Below, piece by piece: positions 11,274 through 23,361 of a stretch of DNA of 64,000 nucleotides (position 1 is the stretch's first letter; each line of letters opens with the position of its first letter). The stretch spans positions 310,001-374,000 of the forward strand of contig NW_013657676.1 of the NCBI RefSeq assembly GCF_000142905.1, written 5' to 3'. This DNA comes from Thecamonas trahens ATCC 50062 (Eukaryota > Protista > Apusomonadida). A program made the translations under genes and the position numbers. The notes beneath the pieces were generated by a model, which was given only the letters and a program-made list of their open reading frames with translations, searched no databases and was not told where the DNA came from.

Positions 11274-12559
11274 ATGCGGACGTCGACAGAGCAGCGGCGG
11301 CAGTTCCTTGCGGCGGCCAACCCTGCTGCTGCCGACGAGTTTGCCGACATCAACTGGTTCCACACTGTCCTCCTCACCGTCACCCCAGCCTTGGCTCTCT
11401 ACGGCTACCTCACCACACCGCTGACCTGGCCTACTCTCGTTCTGGCCATTGTGTGGTACTTTGCCACAGGCTTGGGCATCACCGCCGGTACGCCCCCCCT
11501 TCCCTCTCCCCCCCCCCCCCCCAACACACACGCACAGGCTATCATCGGCTTTTTGCGCACAGGGCGTACCAGGCTACCAACGGGGTGCGGGCGACACTGC
11601 TGGCGTTTGGTGCGGCGGCATTCCAGGGATCGGCGGCCTGGTGGTGCCGGGCGCACGTCCTCCACCACCGCTTCACCGACACGCCCAAGGATCCGTACAA
11701 CGTGCACAAGGGCTTCTGGTGGGCGCATCTGGGGTGGATGATCACCCAAATGGACAAGTCCAAGTGGGGCAAGACCAACATCGCCTTTCTCAAGAACGAC
11801 CCCATGGTCTCCTTCCAACACAAGCACTACGTCAAGATCGCCCTCACCGTCGGCATTGTTGTCCCCACACTCATCGGCGCAGCCTACGGCGACGCCTGGG
11901 GCGCCTTCTTCTACGCCTGCATGCTCCGCATGGTCTTTGTTCACCACGCCACCTTTTTCGTCAACTCGCTCGCCCACACTGTCGGCGCCAAGCCCTTCTC
12001 GCACCTCACTTCGGCCTCGGACTCGATCATCACTGCCGTCCTCACCCTCGGCGAGGGCTTCCACAACTACCACCACGTCTTTCCCTCCGACTACCGTAAC
12101 GCCATCAAGTACCACCAGTACGATCCAACCAAGTGGCTCATCGCCTTCCTCTCTTACTTTGGCCTCACTTACGGCCTCCGCCGCATCGACGACGAGGAGA
12201 TCGACCGCGCACGCGACTTTGTCGCCACGGGCTGCTGCCACCAGCCGCCGCAGGACCCCGCCCTCCCGCCTATCTCCGTCGACCTATTCCGCGCCCGTGT
12301 CGCTGCCGGCGAAGCCCTCATCGTCATCGAAGGCACCGTCTACGACGTCAAGCCGTTTGCCCTCTCGCATCCTGGCGGATACGCCACCGTCATGAACGAG
12401 GTCGGCAAGGACGCCACTGCCGCCTTTCGTGGCGAGGAGCGCTCCTCCGACACCTCGCTCAACCGCCACACCCAAGAAGCTCGCGCCATCCTCAAGACCC
12501 TCGCTATTGCCCGCCTCGACGGCATGTACCGCCTCCCCGTCGACCACGCCTCGTCGTGA
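11274..12559 (+). CDS. OLE1: Delta-9 acyl-CoA desaturase with C-terminal cytochrome b5 (OLE1 type); intron 11488-11537
   Basis: A GTACG...CAG intron restores GITAG|YHRLFAH. His boxes HVLHH and GEGFHNYHH; DPTKW; b5 heme motif HPGG..GKDAT..F..HT. Confidence 0.93.
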
Positions 12560-12620
12560 TCGCGCGTTCCGGCCATTTCATTACTCGCAAATACACACAC
12601 TGTTTTCGATCGCGCTGCTG

Positions 12621-14120
12621 TTACTCCTCGTCGTGCGTCAGCAGCAACACAATCTGCTCGTGGCCGGCCGCCCGTGCCACCTCTGCCGGTGTCTGGTTCC
12701 GCTCAGACAAGGCATCGGCCCTGGCTCCAGCCTTGACCAGTACCACAGCAGCCTTGACTCGCCCGTGCAGCGCAGCAATGTGCAGCGGCGTAAAGCCGTG
12801 GCTGTCGGGCGCGTCGACGTCACCGCCGGCCGCCAACAGCTTCAGCAGCATCTCGGCACTGCATCCGGCCGCCACGCCGCAGTGAAGCGCCGTGTGACCC
12901 ATGTCGTCGGCCACGCTACTCCTTGCTCCCGCCGCCAGTAGCAGCGCCATCATTGTCTCCTTTCCCTCCACCGCTGCAAGATGCAGCGCTGTCTCGCCGG
13001 TGCGCGCTTGTGGAACATCGACCGCAGCTCCTGCCCGCAGCAGCGCCAACGCAGTCTCAAAGTGACCTGCCCGCGCCGCCAGATGCAGCGGCGTGTAGCC
13101 TGCTGCGTCGCGATCTTCGCGGACCTGCTCGTGCGGCGTCTCCACAGGCAGCTCCGCCAGCGCTAGCGCCGTGAGTACCCGGCCCTCGTCGTCGGCACTT
13201 AGCCGCTCGGCATCGGCCTCGCCGGCGTCCGGGTCCGCGAGTGTGCGCTCAAACTCGACCACCAGCGGTCTAAGCTCGACGCCCCATCCCGCCCGCAGGC
13301 AAGCATACATCGACCGGATCCGACCGTGCAGCGCCGCCTCGTGCAGCGCACTCCGCCCTCCGCTATTCGGCGCCTGTACCAGCTCCAGCGGCGACGGTGT
13401 AGCCTCCAACAGCATGCACGCCACCTCGACAAACCCGCGCCCGACCGCCAGGTGCAGCGGCGTGTCACCGGCATCGGCGCCCTCAGTCGCCACGCCCGGA
13501 TCCGCACCCAGCTCCAGCAGCAGCCGCACATCCTCCACAGCGTTGGACGACGCCGCAAAGTGCAGCAAGGCCCAGCCCTCCGAGTCGCGGGCGTTAACCG
13601 AGGCGCCGAGCCCGACCAACGTCGCTACCGTCGCCGTCTGCCGCGCCAAGAACGCCGCCATCAGTGCTGTCTCGCCAGTCTCCGAGTTGCGCTCGTCGAT
13701 GGCGGCATCATGGAGAGCGAGGACACGCACAACCTTGCCAAAGCCCGCCACCGCCGCCACATGCAGCGGTGTGTCGCCGCCCGACGAAAACGTCTGCGTC
13801 CGTGCTCCGCTTTGCAGCAGCAGCCGCGCCACTTCAGCATGACCCTCCTGCGCAGCCACATGCAGCGCCGTGTACCCGTCCTCTGTAAACGCGTCCACAG
13901 ATGCCCCGCCCGCGAGCCACTGGCGCACCCCCTCCGCGTCTCCCCGCGCCGCCGCCCGCAGGCACTGCAGGTCCTCCGCCTTCGTCGCCGCAGCTTGCAC
14001 CAGCCCGCTACCGCTACTCACTAGACTGCTCATGTGTCGCGACGCATTGTACCGCACGTCCGAGATCGCTGCCGCCCCGGCTCCCTTGATTGCTTTGGAG
14101 TGCTGCTTCCACAACGCCAT
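12621..14120 (-). CDS. Ankyrin-repeat protein (about 11-12 repeats)
   Basis: Repeated GxTPLHxAA / TALHxAA motifs throughout. Confidence 0.9.
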   Translation of the reverse strand: MALWKQHSKAIKGAGAAAISDVRYNASRHMSSLVSSGSGLVQAAATKAEDLQCLRAAARGDAEGVRQWLAGGASVDAFTEDGYTALHVAAQEGHAEVARLLLQSGARTQTFSSGGDTPLHVAAVAGFGKVVRVLALHDAAIDERNSETGETALMAAFLARQTATVATLVGLGASVNARDSEGWALLHFAASSNAVEDVRLLLELGADPGVATEGADAGDTPLHLAVGRGFVEVACMLLEATPSPLELVQAPNSGGRSALHEAALHGRIRSMYACLRAGWGVELRPLVVEFERTLADPDAGEADAERLSADDEGRVLTALALAELPVETPHEQVREDRDAAGYTPLHLAARAGHFETALALLRAGAAVDVPQARTGETALHLAAVEGKETMMALLLAAGARSSVADDMGHTALHCGVAAGCSAEMLLKLLAAGGDVDAPDSHGFTPLHIAALHGRVKAAVVLVKAGARADALSERNQTPAEVARAAGHEQIVLLLTHDEE

Positions 14121-14139
14121 GTCTCTACAACAGCCCTCC

Positions 14140-17100
14140 TCAACCTCCCGCCAAAAGACAAGTGCTGCGCAACGAAAACCCGCTCACCGGTTTACTCCAC
14201 TTGGCCTTGGTCACCTCGATCAGCGCCTCCGGCGACCGGTACAGCTGCACAAGCTCCTTGTACAGCTCGGCTTCCAGAACCAGATCTGGTGGGTTCGACT
14301 GCCTCGAGAGCATCAGGTCCTTGACCAGCCGCAGAATCGCCTCAACGTTTGGCTTCAGCTCCTCGTACACAATCCGCGCAGACGAAGACTCCACGTAGAC
14401 CCGGAGGAACTTGCCGATGGTGAGAACAAGACCGAGGTAGAGCGAAAGCACACCGCCAGAAACAAACGAGCCAAACAAACCAGCCGCAATGAGGTCCGAC
14501 TTGGCCACAAACTGGACCCGGTAGTCGGTCCCGTCGTTCGGATCCACAAAGATCGAGTCGGGCGAGACCAGCTGCTGGAACTGCCACCACTCACGGAGCG
14601 CAAATGTCCGATTGTCAACAGTCACCACCTCCTCCGACGCAATGAGCGAGAGGCTGGCGTCGAACCGCTCGTTCGACGGGAACACCTCAGCAGGATTGTC
14701 CGGGCCCAGATGCATGAACCGCGCAAACGCGCCCCGGAGCACCACTGTCGACACATTGCCGTACCGGAGCAGGTTGTACATCTGCACCGTCTCGTCGAGC
14801 GTGAGCAGGTGCAACTGCGACGCCTCGACCACCCGCGACGCCTGCGTCTGCTGCCGCGTGTACGCCATCGAGAGCGAGACCCGCGGCCGCAGTGAGGCCT
14901 TGTCTGGTGCATCGATGTACCGCGCCAGCATCGCCTCCATCCCCAGTCGCGACGATGGCGGAATGCCCCACACTCCGTTCGAGTTGCGGTTGAGAACAGA
15001 GACCTGTACGTTGTCCTTCTTAAAGTCGTCTTGCTCAAACACACTCGGGTAGCTTTCCGCGAGTACTGTAAAGTTCGTTCGCCCGCGCACCGTCGGGAAC
15101 GCCAACTCGGCCACCTTGTTGTTCGTTACCCGTCCCGACCACAGCGCAGCATAGCCCGACACGTACAGGTTCATCTCCACAGATGCGATCGTGTTCGGCT
15201 TCACCGCGGGATTCGCTGACGAGAACAGCAGCAGCGGGAGCCAAAGAACCAGCGCCAGCAGAATGAACAGGCACACTCCGGTCGTGCACTTGGCAGACCG
15301 GCTCTGCTTCTCGCCAGGAGCCCGCGGGTGTGCAAGGTCATAGTTGACTCGGCACTTGACCATGAACAAGTTAGCGTAGATCTCCTCCACACGCAGCCAG
15401 TGGTAAAACTCGAGCGTAGTGTCCGAGCAAATCCAGTCGAGCAGCGTCCGCAGCTCGTACACAAACGGAATCGCGCGATAAACCACAAACAGCTTCGAGT
15501 ACACTTCGTCCGCATGCCGCGTCAGGAACTGGCCCTTGTTAAACTGTGGGTATCCGTACCGGATTTGCAGGGCGTAGCAGGCAAAGGAGACTGCCTTGAT
15601 AAAGTAAAAGAGTACCACAAGCGGTGACGAGAGAATCGGCGCCCGATTGTGGAGCGGGAGCACCACAAAGAGCGTCAGGTGGAAGCCCACAACGACAGCG
15701 TACTGCAGCACAACCTTGCTACGGAGTGACCGCAGCAGGTAGATGCATCGGTCCGCGATCATGATCCCAAAGTTCGCCATCAGCACAAGCACAAACGAGA
15801 ATGGGATTTGCGACGACGTCACAAACGACACAAAGTTCTTTGACGACGCGGAGCCCGATCCCGGCGAGGCCGCCACAAAGTAGCCCCAGCCAAACACAAG
15901 AACAAGAAAGCCAATGAGGTCAAAGAGGAATGACGCCATGTACAGGTCGCGTCCCATCTTGGCCTGCTCAGACTCGAGCCGCTTGAAAAGGATGCCACGG
16001 CCGCAGGCGCCGCAGCGCACCTCGCCGTCAGGCCGTCATCGTCCTGCCCCGCATCCTCGTCTTCGACATCGCTCTTGCTCCCGATGCACAGCCCAGCCTC
16101 AGCGTCACCGCTCGCGCTCATCCCCACCTCATCCTCATCCTCCTCCTCTTCCGAGTAAGAGCCAAAGATTGAGCCCGACGCCGCAGACCGCGCTGCCGCT
16201 TGTGGGCTTGGCCGTCCGCCCTCGACCAGAATCTGCGTCTCGGCCTCAACATCGCCCTCGACACCACGCGCCGCCGCCAGCCGCTCCGCGCGCTCCTGCG
16301 CCGCAACTTCCAGGTCAAAATCCCAAACGCCCTGCGCCTTGAGGATGTAGCGATGCGTGTTGAGCGCAAGCAGAATGAGAAAGTCAAACACTACGCCGCC
16401 AAGGAATCGCGTGTCTACCACCTTGGAGAATCCGAGCATGTTGGGCAACGAGAGCTCCAGTTGTCCGCCCGAGAACGATGACGGGCAAACAGGCTCCAGT
16501 CGGCTGTTGAACGTGTACACGAGTTCGCGCTGCTGCGAGTACCACACGTCCTCATACCCGACGCAAATGAGAGGGAACTGCATAACAAACTTGGCCACAA
16601 GCACAACTTCGGTGTACAGCAGCATGGCTTGCCAGTACCACTTGCGAGGCCGCGGATTCATCACAAGCCCTGCAAGCAGCGCTGAGACAGGGAACACCAT
16701 CGCCGCCACAGACCCATACACCACACAATCGAGGACAAACAGAGCAAAGCACATCCAAATGGTGTTGTGCGCAGAGACACGCCACAGGCCATACCCGAGC
16801 ACCCGCGCGCGTGACACAGCATACGCCTCGACCTCCGAGTCCTCGTCTGCGCCCACGGCCGCCGCTGCCGCTTCGGCTGCAGCCAATGCCTCGAGCTCGG
16901 CACGTGCCTCCGCCGTGTTGGCCAGTCGCGCCTGAAGCGAGAGCCGGGTCCGCGCAACAAGCTCACTCTCAAACGTCTCCTCCTCCTCGGTTAGTGGCGT
17001 GTCACACGGGAACCGCAGCAGCGCGACAATGAAGAGCTCGAGCGCAGTCGACGCCCACCGGACAATCATGGCCCAGTACGACTCGCTCTCCTCCTCGTTT

Positions 17101-20100
17101 GCATCACCGCTCGCGTCGCTTCCGTCGTTGGCACCGCGCTCGACCTCGCCGCCGTCACTGCTCCTGCTGCTACTCGCACTTGCACGCGCCATCAGCAGTG
17201 GCTGGTCACGGCGCGACGTCAGCCCGCTGCCACCACTGCCGCCGCGCCTCAACACTGCCGTTGAGCTGCCAATGTCACCACTGCCGCTGCAGCTCCCGCT
17301 GGCGTCGTCGTAATCGTCGAGGCCTGACGACGAGCAAGACGCCTCAGCGGCAGCGGCAGCCACCTCGGCGGCTAGATCGACGGGTGCAACCGTGCCGACG
17401 CCGGCAAAGACCGCCTCACGACGCCGACGGTCAGCCCGAATCGCCCGCAGCCGCTCGTTGCGGATCTTGGCCTGCTCGCGCGCCTCCTCGCGCGCCGCCA
17501 CCAGCGAGTCGTGGTACACGTCAAAAAGCGCCACCGCATGCCGGTACGCGCCGCTCTGGTTCCGCTCTACATACGCCACAACCTTGTCGTAGTCGGCCGC
17601 CGCAAAAATGGTGTTCTGCAGGAGAAGGACCACAAAGGCGATGATGTCCATGCCGACGCCGGCCGCAGAGAACGCAATGTTGTTTCCGTTTGGCGGCGCC
17701 AGCTTGAGCAAGCCAACCATGGCAAAGACCCATGGTGTCTTGCCGCCCATGTCTGTCGCTGCAAATGGCGTTTGGAAAAGGGCGTGCAGCAACAGTGCTG
17801 TGTAGTTGTACAGTCGCAGCACCTTCCAGTACATCATCCGCTGCCGGTTGAGTCCATCACCAAGGTGCAAATACACCAGCGAGAAAACAAGATAGCCAAG
17901 CGAGATGAGGTCGACTCGTGTGTGTGAGGTGTCGCCGCCGTCGCGCCGCGGAGTCTCCACCGTTGCGATGATAAAGAGAAACGCAAGCGCAACCTTGACC
18001 GAAAACCGCATGACCACAAACCGGATGGCATCGATGAACGAGCGCGGAACAACGGTAAAGTCGTTCTTGACCAGAGGCTCCCAGTCGGCGGCAGTTACCA
18101 CGCCGTCTGCTTGAGCCAGACGCCGCCGGACCCGCTTCTCGGCGAGGAAAGCCCGGAGTTGGAGCGACCACAGGAGCACAATAACAAAGTCGATGTACGA
18201 CGCCGATGCGGACGAGGCAAAGAGGCCGAGCCACTTGAGCACAAGCGTGTTGCTCGTTCGCGCATGCCACCACGGCGACGAGTCGTCGGCGTGCGAGCTA
18301 TCGCGCGCCTGGCACGCATCGCCCTTGAAGCCAAACACACAGACGCAAGTGCCCGAGAACGAGCACTCGCCGTGTGGGCCGCATTTGAATGGCACGCTCG
18401 ACTCGCAGTAGACCTTGGCCGGGAGGCCGAGGACAAGTGTGTACTCCCAGAAGAGCACGAGCACAAGCACAACAAGCACCGTCCGCCACACCTTGGCAGC
18501 ACGCTGACGCCCGAGCACCATCAGCACCCCGCAGAGCAGCAGATACGCCAGCCCGATGATGTCGAGCCGCACAAAGCAGCCGATGACCAGGAAAGTGGTC
18601 ACCACGTGGTAGCCGCACCATCGGAACGCGTGCGACGCATAGTATGCGCCGATGACAAGCAGGTTGTTGACGCCAGTCTCCACCCGGTTGCCCTCCTCGT
18701 CGCGCGCGTTGAGCTCGTCATCCGCCGGCGCCGGAATGATGAACAGCGTGCACGGTCCCGACACCGCACACCGCCGCTCGGCGGCTGTCAGCAGGGCACC
18801 GAGTCGCTCCGAGTAGTGCTGAATGAGAATGGCGGTCATGACCAGGAGCTCCGAGCCGAGACCGTGCCAAACCAGCTGCGACGAGGTCAGCTGTGTAAAG
18901 CCCAGCCAGTGAGCCTGCTGCGTCCGCCGCTCCGAAAGTGAAAACTTGTCCACCTCGTACGCCAGCTGGAACACCATGTGCGCCAACGAGTACACCGTGC
19001 ACCACAGCATGAGCGGCGCGTACACGCCGCGCGAAGTCCGCGGAAAGACCACCATCGACGCCAGGAAGATGAGGTACACCACCGAGGCAAGCCGCACGTC
19101 GCGGACAACCACAAAGAACATGGTGAGCATGGTCAGCTTGTCGGCATGCAAAATAAGCGCCCGCATGCCGAGCCGCACCAGCGTCTTGATAAAGATCGGG
19201 ATCGGGACCGCCAGCTCGGGCATCGCGCCTGACGCTCGCCGGCGGAACTCGCGCAGCTGCGCCACTACCACCGCGAGCACAACCGTGTAGCCAAACATGG
19301 CCTTGACCCGGTACCACGCCGCTGACGCCGACGAGCTCGACGCCGCGCTCGATGCGTCGTACGTGAGCCCAGTGATCGACGGCTGCGCTCCGAGCGAGGT
19401 CACAAACGAGTTGGTGTGCTTGCGGAAAAACTCAAACTGGTACAGGTACATGGCGATGACCACCACTCCCGAGTAGAGAACGAGAACGTACCAGAGCTTG
19501 TGGACTACCACGTGCGCAGACTTGGTCAGCTGATGCACCACAATGCACGCGTAGAGCAAGAGCGCAAAGCCGAGAGTGATGACCGAGACCCGCGCGCGGA
19601 AAAAGATGACCACCACAAGAACACCGTACGAGATCCACATGCCGTACTTGCGAAAGTACGCCATAAGCACAACAAGCAGCTCGCGGGCGAGTCGCGGCAG
19701 CTCCGCCCGCGAGCACAGGCCAAGTTTCTTGCCACCGGCCTCGTCGTCAAGATCCTCATACGACGCGTCAGAGCGGCTGCTCGCGCCCGACGCCGGGCAT
19801 TCGGCGCCATCATCATGTTCGGACACAGTGCCTGTGTCTGCTCCCGCACCCGCGCTGGGGTTGATGGGTGAGATGAGGAGCGCGGCCGCGGACGTTGCGT
19901 TTCTTGCCCGCGCCTCAAGTTTGGCCTCCACCCTGTCGAGCATGACGTACGCATGGTGCTGGAGAACGACAAAGAAGAGAATGGCCAGATGCCATGAGAG
20001 CTCGGCCCAGAGCGATACCGACTTTTGACTCAGGTTGGCCACGCCAATGTCGTCGGCCGTCTCCCGCGACACGTCGTCGGTCGCCGGAAACTGCCAAAAG

Positions 20101-22001
20101 TACACCAGCAGAATCGCGCTCTCGGTGTAGATGACAAGTGCGATCCAGCATGAACGCGCGACGCCGGGCGAAATGACAAAGACGATGAAAAAGAGCATGT
20201 ATCCCGCGTTGATGTACGAGACGCGCGCGAGGCCAAAGACAAAGAGCGCAAGGAGGGCCAAAAAGTACGCGTGCTCGAGGCAGAGTCGCCCGATGCTCAG
20301 CAACGTGTATCGGACTGAGTCGTACGTGACCGACCACGCCGATCGAGCCGACGGCGGCTCAGGTCCAGCCGGCATTCGCTCGTTCAGAAACAGGTAGTCG
20401 CCGGCCGAATCTGGCCGGCGCGCACGTGCACTCTGGGTGGCAAACGGCGGTGCGTCAGACTCGCCCAAAATGTACGGCTCGAGGTGCGCAGCAAGGGCCA
20501 TGAGCCACGCTGTGATAAGATAACCAGTCAGCGGGAGCCATCGCCATTGAAGCGACCAGACCTTGAGTCCAGCAGTCGCCAGCGGATCGCGATGGAATGC
20601 CAGGTCACGGATGCCGACACCGCTCACTGGGCTCCCACACCACGTCGAGTTGCTCGCTAGAAACGAGCTCTTCTCGGTACAAGCCAGTGCATCTGGGCAC
20701 CACACGCATGCTGTGTATGCCACGCACGCCGACTCGCGGCTCGCGTCACCCTGCAGCGACTCATCCGAGCACGCGCCATACGAGTACTCGGAAACGCCCT
20801 GGATGTTGTACACATAGAGGCCGAGGAGGACGCCGACGAGGGCCAGTGCGAGCGGCTGTGCAAAGAGCACAAAGGTCTTGTTGGGCAGAACAAAGCCCAT
20901 CATGACAAAGCCGAGGAAGAGAACGCCAAGGTAAGACGGGAACAGCAGCGTCGACGCCAGCAGGGCAAGAATGGCAACCTTGAGCGAGTGGCGAAAGACA
21001 AACCGCAGCGGCAACCAGAGAAGCCCGGAGCGCCGCGACCGCGGCGGCCGCGAAATCCGAGCGTTGAGCTCCGAGTCGGTCCCGTCCGACACTTCGTCCG
21101 AGCCCAGCAAGAGCGGGACTCGCTGCGACGCCGGCGCCGCCGCCCGCGCCGCCCGCCGACTCACCTTTGCGCTCCAGAACGTGAGCACCGCATACAGGAG
21201 CAGGAGACACGCCATCGAGAGATAGAGAGGGAGAAAGGTGCTTGAAAACCCGGTCGGGCGAACAAGACCAAGCGTGTTGCGGACTTCAGACGCTGGCAGC
21301 GACGGGAACTGCGCTGCATAGAGCGCGATGCCGTGGAGCGTGACGTAGAGCCGAGCGACAATGAGCGCCGCCCATGATCCAAGCGGGAGGCTCCCGGCCG
21401 GCGAAGACCACCGCAGCAGCGTCCAAGCCACCGCAAGGAGGTAAGGCGCCGCCAGCGCCGACGGCCACAGAAGCGCTACCGCAGCGGCGACGATGCAAGC
21501 GACAACCGAGTGCGCAAGCGGAGACGTCGCCGCCGAACCATCAAGCGTCGAGACGAGGGCGTTGAGCACCGCCGACTGTACCCGCTCTCGTCCGTCAGCT
21601 CCTGGTCTGCCGCGAGCTATCCGGTACGCGACAATGCAGACAACAAGCGCCAGATCGGGTGCAAAGGCCGCTGCAACAGCGCCGCCTGCTGACGACGGGT
21701 CGTAGCCGAGTGCGGCGAGGGTGGCAGCGTGCGGCGCGTGCGGCGCGAGGTCGTCGACACCAGCGGCGCCAGCAATGTGCAACGCAGCTTGGACAACGAG
21801 GGCCAGGGCCGCCACACTTGCCACAACACTCGCATGTCGCAGCTGGGCGATGAGGCTCTGCGGGTGGGCGGCGAGGAGCGGGAAGTACGCCAGAGTGGCC
21901 AGCAGGTGCATGCCGCCGACTGCGTTGCACTTGACCGCCCAGGCCACAACCAGGAGCAGCGGGTACAGCCCACGCAGCACAAGCGTGTCTACCATGCCCA
22001 T
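14140..22001 (-). CDS. PIEZO: Piezo mechanosensitive ion channel (about 2620 aa), split by an apparent 1-nt deletion near 15986-15989
   Basis: Many TM segments; DR..YL; QIRYGYP; PFEW signature PFVYELRTLLDWICSDTTLEFYHWLRVEEIY; cap domain; C-terminal LE.ELYKELVQLYRSPEALIEVT. Confidence 0.93.
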
Positions 22002-22404
22002 GGCTATGGCTTGTTACAGACGAGATGAGTGGAGGTGAAGATGAGTGCGACTGCTGGAAGCAAGGCGGGGGGGGGGCGGGGGGAGAGGCTTTCGAAGCAA
22101 AGATGTCATGATGGATGGCATGCGTGGGCAGCGGGGAAGGCACGCATGTGCCAGCCCAGTGGGTCCGAGTGAGGCAAGAGCGGAATCAAGGCCATGAGTT
22201 TGCAGATGGAGAGGGTATTAGCACGATGGTGGTGGTGGTGGATGGGGGGGGGGGGGAACTGCAGTGCGGCGGTAGCATCAAGCATCCCGATGATGATGAT
22301 GATGATGATCACGGCAAGGAACACAAGGGCTGGGGGCAGGCCCAGCTGGGAGGCTGCACCGCCTCCAGCTTGCGAGCCAGAGCAAGGACCAGATCCAGCG
22401 TGGC

Positions 22405-23088
22405 TCACAGCTCATCCTCGTCGGCATCCTCGTAGCCGTCGCCGCTAGAGCCGGCGCCGGCGGCGCGTTCAGCTTCAGCAGCCGCTTGCGCGCGCTTGGC
22501 AGCCTCGAGCTGCTTGCGAAAGTCCTCGGTGGCCGAGGCGACCGACTCCTCGGCGTTGGCGAGCTTGATTTTGTCCATAACGTTGGCAGAGACTGGTGTG
22601 ATGTTGCGCCGCCCAATGGGCTTGGACGGCGATGAGATCGAGCGGCGGCGGCCAGTTGGCACGCCGCTCCGGATACGATCGGTAACCGGGGTGGCCGGCG
22701 ACTGCGAGGTCTGGCGGCGAAAGGCCTCGAGCTGAGCGTGGACCATTTCGACGGCGTCAGCCAGCTTGGCCTCCTCCAGCACTGATCCTGCCCGTGCAGA
22801 CCGGACTTCTTGCTGGCGATGGATCTTGCCGTCGTTGAGCTCGTCGAGCCGCGCCTCGAGCTCGGCCTGCTTCTGCTCCAGCTCGTCGCGATGGATCTTG
22901 TGGCGCGATGGGAGCAGCGAGTTGGCCCGCGTCCGGCGGACCGCCGTCTCTGGCCGCGGCACCACACCCTCGCACTCTACCTTAGTTGTCAGATCGGCTT
23001 CAAACTTGGCCCGGAGCTCGGCGACCGCCAGCTCGGCCCGCAGGTGCTCGACATGGTCCGGCACCGCCGGCACGCCATGGTCACTCAT
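22405..23088 (-). CDS. Hypothetical coiled-coil protein (227 aa)
   Basis: Open frame with coding-like codon bias and E/A/L/K heptads; no recognisable family. Confidence 0.6.
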   Translation of the reverse strand: MSDHGVPAVPDHVEHLRAELAVAELRAKFEADLTTKVECEGVVPRPETAVRRTRANSLLPSRHKIHRDELEQKQAELEARLDELNDGKIHRQQEVRSARAGSVLEEAKLADAVEMVHAQLEAFRRQTSQSPATPVTDRIRSGVPTGRRRSISSPSKPIGRRNITPVSANVMDKIKLANAEESVASATEDFRKQLEAAKRAQAAAEAERAAGAGSSGDGYEDADEDEL

Positions 23089-23361
23089 GTCGCCCAGCCC
23101 AGAGTCCGCACGTGTAAGGGAAAGCCAAGACAAGGCGTGGGGGAAGGAAGGGAAGAGGGGGAGGGGGAGAGACAGGTGCCATACGCGGGCACCGTTGCCG
23201 TTGGGAGGAGGGGGGGAGGGAGGGGCGGGGAGGAATGCGTTCGCATGTCGCGGGGAATCCGTCAGTGACACTCGCCTCCGCGCGCTGGGGGTAACGGCCA
23301 GAGGGGGGGGGGGGGGTTAGTAGAAAGAACGAGGAGGATTTAGCAAAGCTAGAGAAGGCAA

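Noticed and set aside
14120-14190. In-frame Piezo-ankyrin fusion protein
   Set aside because: Neither readthrough nor the 63-nt splice puts the ankyrin ORF in the Piezo frame.
22344-22369. GC-rich hairpin AGCTGGGAGGC...GCCTCCAGCT downstream of the 22405 stop
   Set aside because: Short hairpins like this are common at this GC content; no SECIS or terminator features.
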